Source: Thermoplasmata archaeon (lineage in GTDB: Archaea; Thermoplasmatota; SW-10-69-26; JACQPN01; JAJPHT01). Taken from it: 64,000 bases of DNA. The stretch lies in the NCBI GenBank assembly GCA_034667685.1, contig JAXDQU010000050.1, forward strand, positions 35,964 to 99,963, in the 5' to 3' direction. The position numbers were made by a program, and so were the translations under genes. Of the stretch, positions 1-8,101 are shown piece after piece (positions within the stretch are counted from its first letter, which is position 1; every line of letters begins with the position of its first letter). The notes beneath the pieces are model-generated. The model made no database searches. It saw nothing but the letters and a program-made list of their open reading frames with translations, and had not been told where the DNA came from.

Positions 1-3000
1 GCGGTGGGGCCCACCGAGGCGACGAGCGCGGGGGCGAGCCAGCGCGCGCCGGTGGAGACCTGGAACGTGACCTCGGCCTGGGCGGGCTCGCGCGTGTCGT
101 CGCCGGCGAAGCGCAGCGTGACGCCATCCTCGCCCGGCGGCGTGGAGACGGGGAGCGGGAGCGTGAGGCTGAACGCGCCGTCGGGGCCCGTCTGCGCGCG
201 CGCGTCGGCGATGCCGGCGACGTCGATCCACGCGCCGGGGATGCCCGCGCCCAGCTGGCCGCGCAGCGTGCCCTGGACCGTGAAAGAGGCGCCGGGGTTG
301 ACCGCGCCGGGCGGCCCGAAGGCCTCCAGGGTCGCGCGCTCCGTGATCGCGAGCGTGAGGTTCGCGTCCGAGGGGAGGAGGCCCGCCGCGCCGGCGAACG
401 CGAGGCTCAGGTTCGTGGCGCGCGGGTCGGCGCCCACCGCATAGGGGATCAGCGCCGAGCCGTTCGTGCCGGTCGTGTAGTTCGCGCCGTTGAACGCGAT
501 GGGCTGATGCGCGAGCGGGCGGCCCAGCGTGTCGGTGAGCGTGGCGTTGAGCGTCACGGTCGCCTGGATCAGCGCGCGCGCGGGCGCCTTCACGTGGAGC
601 GCGGTGGGGAGGACGAGCGTGGCGTTCTGCGCGTCGCTCTGGTTGCCCAGCCAGCCCACGGAGCCCGCGAGCGCGATCGCCTGGCGCGCCGGGGAGTTGG
701 AGGACGTGTTGTACGTCCACGCGAAGAGCGGCACGGGGTTCGCGGGGTCGAAGGCGCCCAGGAAGGCCGGGTCGTTGTGCGCCACGCCCGCGCCGTCGGT
801 CTGTCCGAAGACGGTCGCGCCCGCCGAGTCCGCAGGCGCGGGCACGGCGGAGGAAAGCGCGACGGGCATGCAGTAGTGGCCCGCGGCGTCCGAGAGCGCG
901 GCGCCCAGGGTGACGGCGCGGCTTCCGAGCGCGAGGAGCACGGTGGCGTTGGGCGCGGGATGGTCCGCGAGCGTGACGTTGCCGCACGCCGTGACGGAGC
1001 CGTTGAGCACGACGTTCGCCGGGAGCGGGTCGAGCGTGACGTTGGCGACGAGGCGGGCCGCGAGCGGGGCCGCCTCCGGACCGTCGTAGGCCTGCGCGGC
1101 CTCCAGGCGCGCCAGCGGCGTGAGCGTGGGGTCGCGCGGGTCGCCTTGGGGGAGCGCGTTCGCGGCGTTGGCGAAGGGGATCGGGTCCTCGCCGTTGAGG
1201 TCGTCGAGCCCGTCGTGGTCGAGGTCGCGCGTCGGGAGCTGGTTGGGCGCGAGGCCCCACTTCCAGATGCCCATCGTGGACTCGTCCCACCAGACGGGAC
1301 GGCCGTAGCTGTACTGCGGGAAGAGGCCGCTGGGCTGGCCGGGCGCGAGGTGGTGCCCCACGAGCCAGCCGTCGGGGACGCCGTCGCCGGCCGAGTCGAG
1401 CTTCGTCGCGTCCAGGCCGTAGGTGCGCTTGCCCTGGACGTCGACGACGTCGCCCGCGTCCGGGATCACGACGAGGCCGCGCTTCGCGAGGTCGTTCACG
1501 CGCGCCGCGTCGTCCGGGTTGCCCATGTGCAGCGTGTGGCCCACGACGAGGCTCAGGCGGGGGCCGTCGAGCAGCCCGCAGTGGCACGTCGAGGGGTCGA
1601 AGGGGTCGGTGGGCACGCCGTTGTTCTGCGAGCCCGACAGCTCCGTGATGTCCGGGATGATGTCGCCGTCGGAGTCCTTCGTCGGGTCGATGGCGCGCAC
1701 GTCCTGCGTCGGGTCGAGCGGGTCGAGGTGCAGGTGGACCATCGTGCCGTCGTCGACGCCGCCGAAGTCGCTGTCCTTCACGTACGGGTTCGTGCCGGCG
1801 TGGGACTCCTCCAGGTTGGTCAGGCCGTCGCCGTCGGGGTCCGCGGCGCACGAGGGGACCACGGGGCTGACGCGCTCCTGCGCGGGGCCCAGGCGCGACC
1901 AGAAGGCGGACCAGGCGTCGGAGCAGCCGTCGCCGTTCGTGTCCGTGAGGAACGGGTTGGTCTGGTTGAGCGCCGCGCTGCGCATGCCGTAGCTGACCGA
2001 GCCGCGCACGACGAGGACGTGCTTCGCCGCGCCGAACGCGTCGGTGAAGTCGAGCCCCGTGCCGCTCTCGCCGGGCAGCAGGCCCGTGGCGTCCGCAACG
2101 TAGCGCTTGTAGGAGTAGGTCTGGAGGACGACGTCGTCGTTCGCGCCGATGGAGGGCACGGTGGCCGTGGGCGGGATGGCGAACGCGCCCGGCGCGCCCG
2201 GGTAGAACGCGCCGCGCTCCTCGTCGGTCATGTTGGGGTAGACCTGGCCCCAGAAGATCTTCCACGAGTCGAGGAGGCCGTCCGGGCTCGAGGATAGCAC
2301 GTTGGCGTGCGCGTGGGCGCGGTACTTCACGAGGTTCGTCGCGACGAACGTGTGCGGCTGCGCGGCGATCTGGCCGTGGACCTGCGCGTAGCTCCACCAC
2401 GTGACCGCGTCGTCGACGAGGTCGCGGTCCGCGTCGCGCGTGTCGTCGTGGAACGAGCTCCACAGCGAGGGGTCGAGGTTCCAGCCGCCCAGCGTGTCGT
2501 TCCACGCGCCCTCCTTCACCTTCCAGCCGTCGGGGAGGCCGCTGTCGGCCGTGTCGGCGTTGGCCGGGTCGCTCGCGCTGCGCGCGTGGGCCGACGCGTA
2601 CGTCGTGTCGTTGTAGAGCGAGGGCTTGGCCTCCCAGCCGTTGAGCAGGCCGTCGCCGTCCACGTCGGGGTTGAGCATGTTGGGGCGCCCGCCCACGACG
2701 AAGCTGCCGCCCGGGCCCAGCGCCGCGCAGACGCGGTCCGCCGGCACGAGGGGCCATGCGACGCGCAGCGCCTCCGCGATCGTCTTGTGGCCGATGCCCC
2801 ACGGATAGGGCGCGTCGGCCAGGCAGTCCGCCTCGCGCTGCGCCCAGTACGCCGCCTTCTCGCCGTCCGAGAGCCCGTCGCCGCTGGTGTCGACGAGCGT
2901 CGGGTCCGTGTGCGGCAGCGTGATATCATGCCACGCGGCGGCGCCCGCCTCCTGGCCGTCGGTGAGGCCGTCGCCGTCCGTGTCGGGGTTGAGCGGATCG

Positions 3001-4316
3001 GTGAGCGGGAAGGTGAGGTTGCCCGCGCGGCCGTCGAACTCCTGCTTGTCGGTCAGGCCGTCGGCGTCGGAGTCGACCTTCGTGGGGTCCGCGAAGACCC
3101 ACTTGGGCTTGCCCGCGACCTCGATGACCCAGCCGTGGATCTTCTGGAGGTCCGTGAGGCCGGAATGCGCGGTGTCGTTCGTCGTGGGATCGGCGCCGCC
3201 CCACCAGGGGCCGTTGATCGTCTCGTTCCAGAGCGGGGGGCGGTTGACCGCGTACTTCTGGAGGACGTTGAGCGTCTCCTCCACGCGCGTGCCGTTCTCC
3301 GTCAGGTTCTCGCGCTCCACGACGCGCTGGCCCACGCGCGGGTCGCGCGGGTCGAGGCCGTACTTGGCGAGCCAGCCGTCGGGGATGCCCGAGCCGCCGG
3401 TGCTCTGCGCGCGCGGGTCGAGGCCGCCGCGGCAGGCGAGCGTGCCCGCCGGGTCGAGCCTCATCGAGGCGAGGAACTTCTCGCGCAGCGTCATGCCGCT
3501 GCGGGCCGGGTCCTGGTACGCGACGGCCGGGTCGAGCGGGTCGAACCCGTGGCACTGGAGCCAGCCGTCGGCGATGCCGCTCCCCGTCGTGGAGAAGAGG
3601 CGCGGGCTCGTGCCGACCTTCAGCTCCGTGACGTCCGCCAGGCCGTCGTGGTCCTGGTCGGGCTCCAGGGGAGAGAGGCCGCGCTGGTACGCCTCGCGCG
3701 GCGTCCACGTCACGCTCGCGCCGGCGGGCACCACGTCCAGGACGCCGGGGGCGCGCGGGTCGAGGCCGAAGTGGATGAGCCACGCGTACGGGACGCCGGT
3801 CCCGTTGAGATCTTGCCGCGTCGGGTCGAGGCTGGAGTTCCACGCGCCGTCGCGCGACTCGTTCCACGTCGCCGGGCGCCCGTAGGCGTACACCTGCGCC
3901 AGGCTCATGCGGAACTCGGCCGGAAGGCCGGCGGGGCCGTAGACGGCGGGCGAGGCCGGCGGCGTGGGATAAGGCGCGGCGCGCGACGCGAGGTCCGGGT
4001 CGCTGATATCAAGGCGCCAGGCGCGGACCCAGGCGTCGGGGAGGGCGGCCGCGGAGGCCTGGGTGGGGTCGGTGCCCAGGATCGAGTTCTCGACCGCGTC
4101 GGGCACGCCGTTGCCGTTCGCGTCCGGGAGCGCGACCAGCGCGGGGACCGTGCCGGACGAGGGGGCGCCGTGGGTGAGGCCGATCCACGCGACCGTCACG
4201 ACGCCGAGCGCAAGGAGCGCCAGCGCCAGCACCAGACCTCGACGGACCCACCGGGAGCGTCCGGCCCGGGCCTGGAGCCGCGCCAACGTCGGTGCAGCGC
4301 CTCCGAGCCAACGCAC
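1..4316 (-). CDS. Large membrane-anchored/secreted protein with thrombospondin type-3-like DxDxDG Ca-binding repeats followed by Ig-like domains; >1,438 aa, runs off the left edge
   Basis: Not in the ORF track because it has no stop inside the window. Manual translation from GTG 4316 gives MRWLGG...GLVLALALLALGVVTVAWIGL (hydrophobic N-terminus). Repeats follow, such as DANGNGVPD, DQDHDGLAD, DSDADGLTD, DTDGDGLTD, DVDGDGLLN, DTNGDGCSD, DPDGDGLTN and DLDHDGLDD, then beta-rich segments. GC3 bias is strong in this frame. Confidence 0.88.
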   Translation of the reverse strand, partial: MRWLGGAAPTLARLQARAGRSRWVRRGLVLALALLALGVVTVAWIGLTHGAPSSGTVPALVALPDANGNGVPDAVENSILGTDPTQASAAALPDAWVRAWRLDISDPDLASRAAPYPTPPASPAVYGPAGLPAEFRMSLAQVYAYGRPATWNESRDGAWNSSLDPTRQDLNGTGVPYAWLIHFGLDPRAPGVLDVVPAGASVTWTPREAYQRGLSPLEPDQDHDGLADVTELKVGTSPRLFSTTGSGIADGWLQCHGFDPLDPAVAYQDPARSGMTLREKFLASMRLDPAGTLACRGGLDPRAQSTGGSGIPDGWLAKYGLDPRDPRVGQRVVERENLTENGTRVEETLNVLQKYAVNRPPLWNETINGPWWGGADPTTNDTAHSGLTDLQKIHGWVIEVAGKPKWVFADPTKVDSDADGLTDKQEFDGRAGNLTFPLTDPLNPDTDGDGLTDGQEAGAAAWHDITLPHTDPTLVDTSGDGLSDGEKAAYWAQREADCLADAPYPWGIGHKTIAEALRVAWPLVPADRVCAALGPGGSFVVGGRPNMLNPDVDGDGLLNGWEAKPSLYNDTTYASAHARSASDPANADTADSGLPDGWKVKEGAWNDTLGGWNLDPSLWSSFHDDTRDADRDLVDDAVTWWSYAQVHGQIAAQPHTFVATNLVKYRAHAHANVLSSSPDGLLDSWKIFWGQVYPNMTDEERGAFYPGAPGAFAIPPTATVPSIGANDDVVLQTYSYKRYVADATGLLPGESGTGLDFTDAFGAAKHVLVVRGSVSYGMRSAALNQTNPFLTDTNGDGCSDAWSAFWSRLGPAQERVSPVVPSCAADPDGDGLTNLEESHAGTNPYVKDSDFGGVDDGTMVHLHLDPLDPTQDVRAIDPTKDSDGDIIPDITELSGSQNNGVPTDPFDPSTCHCGLLDGPRLSLVVGHTLHMGNPDDAARVNDLAKRGLVVIPDAGDVVDVQGKRTYGLDATKLDSAGDGVPDGWLVGHHLAPGQPSGLFPQYSYGRPVWWDESTMGIWKWGLAPNQLPTRDLDHDGLDDLNGEDPIPFANAANALPQGDPRDPTLTPLARLEAAQAYDGPEAAPLAARLVANVTLDPLPANVVLNGSVTACGNVTLADHPAPNATVLLALGSRAVTLGAALSDAAGHYCMPVALSSAVPAPADSAGATVFGQTDGAGVAHNDPAFLGAFDPANPVPLFAWTYNTSSNSPARQAIALAGSVGWLGNQSDAQNATLVLPTALHVKAPARALIQATVTLNATLTDTLGRPLAHQPIAFNGANYTTGTNGSALIPYAVGADPRATNLSLAFAGAAGLLPSDANLTLAITERATLEAFGPPGAVNPGASFTVQGTLRGQLGAGIPGAWIDVAGIADARAQTGPDGAFSLTLPLPVSTPPGEDGVTLRFAGDDTREPAQAEVTFQVSTGARWLAPALVASVGPT

Positions 4317-4382
4317 GTCCCCGACTCCACAAACGGGGTGAAGAACGTTTGGGAGCCACCAGTGCTCCTCCCGAGAAAAAAT

Positions 4383-4399
4383 TCACAGGAATCATCTAG
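4383..4399 (+). promoter_or_regulatory. 17-bp conserved motif copy (TCACAGGAATCATCTAG) in a divergent promoter region
   Basis: Matches copies at 5233, 6018, 30932, 31462, 32673 and 34272; lies in AT-rich intergenic DNA. Confidence 0.6.
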
Positions 4400-4502
4400 G
4401 CTTGCAACCGGGTGGCTCCGAATTTGCGCGAAATTTCCTCCATAATCAACATCGTCTAGAGCCGGTCTCTCCCCGCACCCCCACAGTGGGGAGGCTACAA
4501 AC

Positions 4503-5162
4503 ATGAATGCGAAGTCCTACATCCTTTCGGCGGCCATCCTGGCGCTCGTCGCCACCACGGTGCCCGCCTCGGCCATCGGCTCGACCGCCAACCCGTTCGC
4601 GCACCCCTTCTACGGCGTCTCCGCGACCAGCGTGGTCGCCGGCGTCGCCTACGATGACGGCAACGGCAATACCTTCAGCCTGAGCTCCGCGACCGGCGCG
4701 ACCGTCGTGGGCCTCTGCGCCGACCTCCCCGGCATCACCGGCCAGATCATCCCCGTCCCGAACCCCCTCCTCGTCTTCGACCAGGACATGGAGACCGGCG
4801 TCGGCGGCGCCTGCTTCCCCTTCGTCACCGCGTACGGCAGCGACGTCGGCACCACGCAGACCGTCGAGGTCAGCGTCCAGAGCCCCGTCCTCGCGGTCCC
4901 CGTCTGGACGACCTGCGTCGATGAGAACGGCGACGGCGTCTGCGCCGCGGCGACCGGCGACCAGGTCCTGACCTGCTGGACCGGCGGCAGCATCGAGGGC
5001 GGCGTCCAGACGGACGGCAGCGGCCCCTGCAGCGTCTACATCGACCCCGCCGCGGCGAACCCCGCGGTCTTCGTGACCGTCATCGCGGGCGTCACCGTGA
5101 CGTCCTCGGGCGTCCACCTCTCGAGCATCGCGCCCGAAGGCGGCGTCTTCTACTACGCCTAA
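4503..5162 (+). CDS. Secreted Cys-containing hypothetical protein, 219 aa
   Basis: GGAGG Shine-Dalgarno before the ATG; signal peptide (YILSAAILALVATTVPASA); motifs GVGGACF and CVDENGDGVC; strong codon bias. Confidence 0.85.
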   Translation: MNAKSYILSAAILALVATTVPASAIGSTANPFAHPFYGVSATSVVAGVAYDDGNGNTFSLSSATGATVVGLCADLPGITGQIIPVPNPLLVFDQDMETGVGGACFPFVTAYGSDVGTTQTVEVSVQSPVLAVPVWTTCVDENGDGVCAAATGDQVLTCWTGGSIEGGVQTDGSGPCSVYIDPAAANPAVFVTVIAGVTVTSSGVHLSSIAPEGGVFYYA

Positions 5163-5172
5163 GTCGGCCCCC

Positions 5173-5215
5173 GGCGGCCCGCCCCCCCGGGCCGCCCCCC
5201 TTTCTTCTCTTACTT
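5173..5215 (+). terminator. Putative terminator
   Basis: GGCGGCCCG/CGGGCCGCC hairpin followed by a pyrimidine/T tract just after the stop at 5162. Confidence 0.55.
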
Positions 5216-5232
5216 ATCCGAATAGAAACGAA

Positions 5233-5249
5233 CCAGAGAATTCCTGTGA
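5233..5249 (-). promoter_or_regulatory. 17-bp conserved motif copy (TCACAGGAATTCTCTGG)
   Basis: The reverse complement shares AAATTCACAGGAAT with the 4383 copy. Confidence 0.6.
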
Positions 5250-5331
5250 ATTTCCGCCCCGGGCGGAAATGTTGATTTTCCACACGGCGATACGGCCCCG
5301 GCGCATTCCCCTGCGCTTGGAGGCTCTCCAT

Positions 5332-5964
5332 TTGAAGACCCGCACCTCGCTCTACCTGTTGATCGCCCTCGCCTTCCTCATGCCCACGGGCTCGGCCGGC
5401 TCCGCCTCCAGCCCCGACATCACCGACGCGGCGGGCGACGCGCACAACGGCGCCACCGACGTCGTCGCCACCTGGATCAGCTCGGACGCGACGCACGTGA
5501 ACGTGCACTTCGTCCTGGCGGACCTCTCCAGCCCCAACCCGGCGACCTCGGGCGACACGCGCTACCAGTACCGCGTCGACTTCGACGTGGACGGCACGCA
5601 CTACTCCGCCTCCGTGGCGACCTACCTCGCCGCCCAGGCCGGCTCCACCACGGTCGGCGGCGCCGCGGTCGACGCGGACGCGGCCGTCGTGGCCGTCGGC
5701 ATGACCCACACGGGCCCCGCGCGCACGAGCAGCTCGGCGAGCCTCGACTCGGCGACGAACACGATCACGCTGACGTTCAGCCGCACCCTCGGCGACCAGA
5801 GCGCGCCCCACCCCGTGTTCCTCGCGCCCGGCATGTCGCTGGACAACGTCGTCGTGACGACCGGCTACAGCAGCAGCCCCTACCAGCCCTCCACGGTGGA
5901 CCTCGGCCTCGCCCCGGCCTGGGTCGCCTCGGACTCGGCCGGCCCCGGCTTCTACGGCTTCTGA
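5332..5964 (+). CDS. Secreted beta-rich hypothetical protein, 210 aa
   Basis: TTG start at 5332 with GGAGG at 5319-5323; signal peptide (SLYLLIALAFLMPTGSA); DITDAAGD motif then alternating beta-strand pattern. Confidence 0.8.
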   Translation: MKTRTSLYLLIALAFLMPTGSAGSASSPDITDAAGDAHNGATDVVATWISSDATHVNVHFVLADLSSPNPATSGDTRYQYRVDFDVDGTHYSASVATYLAAQAGSTTVGGAAVDADAAVVAVGMTHTGPARTSSSASLDSATNTITLTFSRTLGDQSAPHPVFLAPGMSLDNVVVTTGYSSSPYQPSTVDLGLAPAWVASDSAGPGFYGF

Positions 5965-6017
5965 GGCTTTTTTCCCGCGGTTCGCGGGGCTTCGCCCCCG
6001 CGACCCATGATTTTCTT

Positions 6018-6034
6018 TCACATCTTTCGTCGAG
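6018..6034 (+). promoter_or_regulatory. 17-bp motif copy (TCACATCTTTCGTCGAG) just upstream of the TATA-like AAGGCTTAC
   Basis: Consensus match, with the same offset to a TATA-like element as the 34272 copy. Confidence 0.5.
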
Positions 6035-6068
6035 CAAGGCTTACGTCTTGGAAGCGAATCTCAACCTT

Positions 6069-6195
6069 GCGGCACGCGCCTGGCTTTGCTAGGGGCCGAG
6101 CGTGTGCCTTCCTCCAGGCGATGCCTCCTCAGCTGCTCCAAACGCCTGGAGAACTCTCATGGTCGGGGGACTTCCTCCCCGGCCTTCCTTCTCTC
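6069..6195 (+). ncRNA. Candidate small structured RNA
   Basis: Promoter-like elements upstream; three consecutive hairpins (6071-6108, 6112-6151, 6161-6184) and then a pyrimidine tract; no credible ORF. Confidence 0.3.
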
Positions 6196-6662
6196 GCCCA
6201 GGAAACAATCCGCTTCGCCCGCGTGCCCGGCCGGCGGCACCGGGGAGACCAAGCCGTGCGCTGAAACGCGGCCAAACGAGGCGCGGCGGCTTCGCGCCTG
6301 GCTTCTGGAATGCGATCTCCGCGCGGGGGAGCGCCCCATGCCCCGCCACGCCCCCGGGCCCTCGCGCGGCGACCGGGCGAAGGGCACAGACGACCGATCC
6401 GCGGGCGAGGCCGCGCGCAAGAGATCGGATCAGAAGAAGGTGGGGGGCGGGCGAGGCACCCGCCCCCGTCGGGAGGTTCCCTGTTCGCCCCGGAGGGCGT
6501 CAAGGGTCGGTGGCCCGTCCCCGCGCGATGGCGTCACGATCTGCCACGCGCGCGGACGAACGGAGGCTCGCCACCGGCGTCCCGGCAACGGCCTGGAACG
6601 CCTAAGCCGAACTCGATGAAGGGTGTGAAAGGGGCGCGGTGTTGCCCGCGCCCGCTTTCTGC

Positions 6663-7916
6663 TTACGGCTCCACGTCAGGAGCGCCCGTCTGCGCGGCCA
6701 GGTCGTGCTGGTTGCACGTCTTGATGTCCGGCTCGCAGTAGTAGGGCGCCGTGCTGCCTTCGACGTCGTTGAAGGCGTAGTGGCGCGTGGGGACCGGGGC
6801 CGCGCCGTAGTAGACGTCGACCAGGCGCGTCGCGTGGCAGTTCATGTCGGGGGCGCCGTCGCCCGTGCAGTCCGCGCTGCCGCCGTGGTTGCCCTTGCCG
6901 TCGTAGGTCGTGACGGGGTAGGGCTTGCGCGGGTTGTACGGGTGCGAGTTGCCCTCGCGGTTGTCGTCGCCGCCCGGGCAAGGCCAGGAGTTGATCACCG
7001 GCGTGTAGGTCTGGCCCTCGGTGGGCTGGCAACCGGACGCGTCGTGCGTGTAGTCGAAGCTGCCCGGGGTGTGGTCCTTGGGCGTGCCGGCCTGGGTCAG
7101 GTCGTCGAGGAACATGAACAGGACGGCGTTGTACGAGAGCGGCGAGCAGGTCTTGCGGCCGTCCGTGTCCGCGCCACCGCAGGGGTAGCCGTACGGGTTG
7201 CCGCCGAAGCCGGAGCTCTGGCCCGCGATCACGTGCTCGCAGGTGCTGCGGTGCTCCGCGGTGCCGCTGTCGTTGTAGATGGGGGTCTTGTCGTCCTCGG
7301 AGACGGGGAGGTTGTCAGGACCCGCGCAGGTGGCGTCCGAGGCGGGGGCCGCGGTGCCGCAGGTGGGGTTGCCGTACGACACGTTCCGCTTGGCCGTGTT
7401 CATCAGGCCGACGGTCCAGATCGGGGCGCCGCTGGTGGGGGACATCCACTTGTCGACGTCCCACGGGTGGTCATTCGGGTCCGTGATGTGGTAGGACTCG
7501 ACGTAGTTGGTGAAGGCGTTGGGGTCCTGGGTCGGGTCGGGGTCGCCCTGGTTCACGACGATCACGACGCCGCAGCCGGGGTAGGTGTAGGTGACGGCGG
7601 GGGGGCTGCCACCGGTGGAGGGGTTGCTGGGGTCCACGAGGTACTGGTCGTTGAACCAGAGGACGCCCGGGAAGCGCTTGTCGATGACGTTGCCCTTGGT
7701 CTGGACGTCACGCACGAGGACGGCGATGGCCGTCGCGAAGTGCGTCGTGGTGTTGGTGTTCGTGCAGTTCGCGCAGACGGTCTCGAGGACCGAGAAGACG
7801 GTGTGTCCTTCGACGAGCTGCTCGGGTTGGGGTCCCAGGTAGAGCGTGCCGGCGGCGCCGATGCCCGCCAGGAGAAGGAGCGCAAGAGTTCCGATCGCCA
7901 AGACTCGTGTCCACAT
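6663..7916 (-). CDS. Secreted Cys-rich hypothetical protein, 417 aa, 14 Cys
   Basis: ATG 7916 (MWTRVLAIGTLALLLLAGIGAA signal peptide) with GTGAGG SD; rich in D/G/P/T/Y; no C-terminal anchor. Confidence 0.88.
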   Translation of the reverse strand: MWTRVLAIGTLALLLLAGIGAAGTLYLGPQPEQLVEGHTVFSVLETVCANCTNTNTTTHFATAIAVLVRDVQTKGNVIDKRFPGVLWFNDQYLVDPSNPSTGGSPPAVTYTYPGCGVVIVVNQGDPDPTQDPNAFTNYVESYHITDPNDHPWDVDKWMSPTSGAPIWTVGLMNTAKRNVSYGNPTCGTAAPASDATCAGPDNLPVSEDDKTPIYNDSGTAEHRSTCEHVIAGQSSGFGGNPYGYPCGGADTDGRKTCSPLSYNAVLFMFLDDLTQAGTPKDHTPGSFDYTHDASGCQPTEGQTYTPVINSWPCPGGDDNREGNSHPYNPRKPYPVTTYDGKGNHGGSADCTGDGAPDMNCHATRLVDVYYGAAPVPTRHYAFNDVEGSTAPYYCEPDIKTCNQHDLAAQTGAPDVEP

Positions 7917-8101
7917 ACTGTATGCCTCACGTACAGCCGGCCCTCTGTGGGCCTCCGAAGCCGGCCCTGCGAGGCCATCGTGGGGGATAGGGACTTGGTT
8001 GTCACCCGGCAGAGTCACCGAGGAATCTTTTCACAAACGCCCCGCGGCGCCCCAACTCTCAAATAGGGGGTTCGAGGCCTCGCAGCCGTCCGGCTGCGGA
8101 T

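Noticed and set aside
6160-6185. Minus-strand GAGGAAGTCC resembling the RNase P RNA P4 5' strand
   Set aside because: I found no matching 3' P4 sequence at a suitable distance, and the segment pairs locally as a hairpin.
8018-8034. Weak motif-like sequence (minus strand TGAAAAGATTCCTCGGT) upstream of the 417-aa gene, and similar partial matches near 54315-54430
   Set aside because: Only about 10-11 of 17 positions match; too weak without a position weight matrix.
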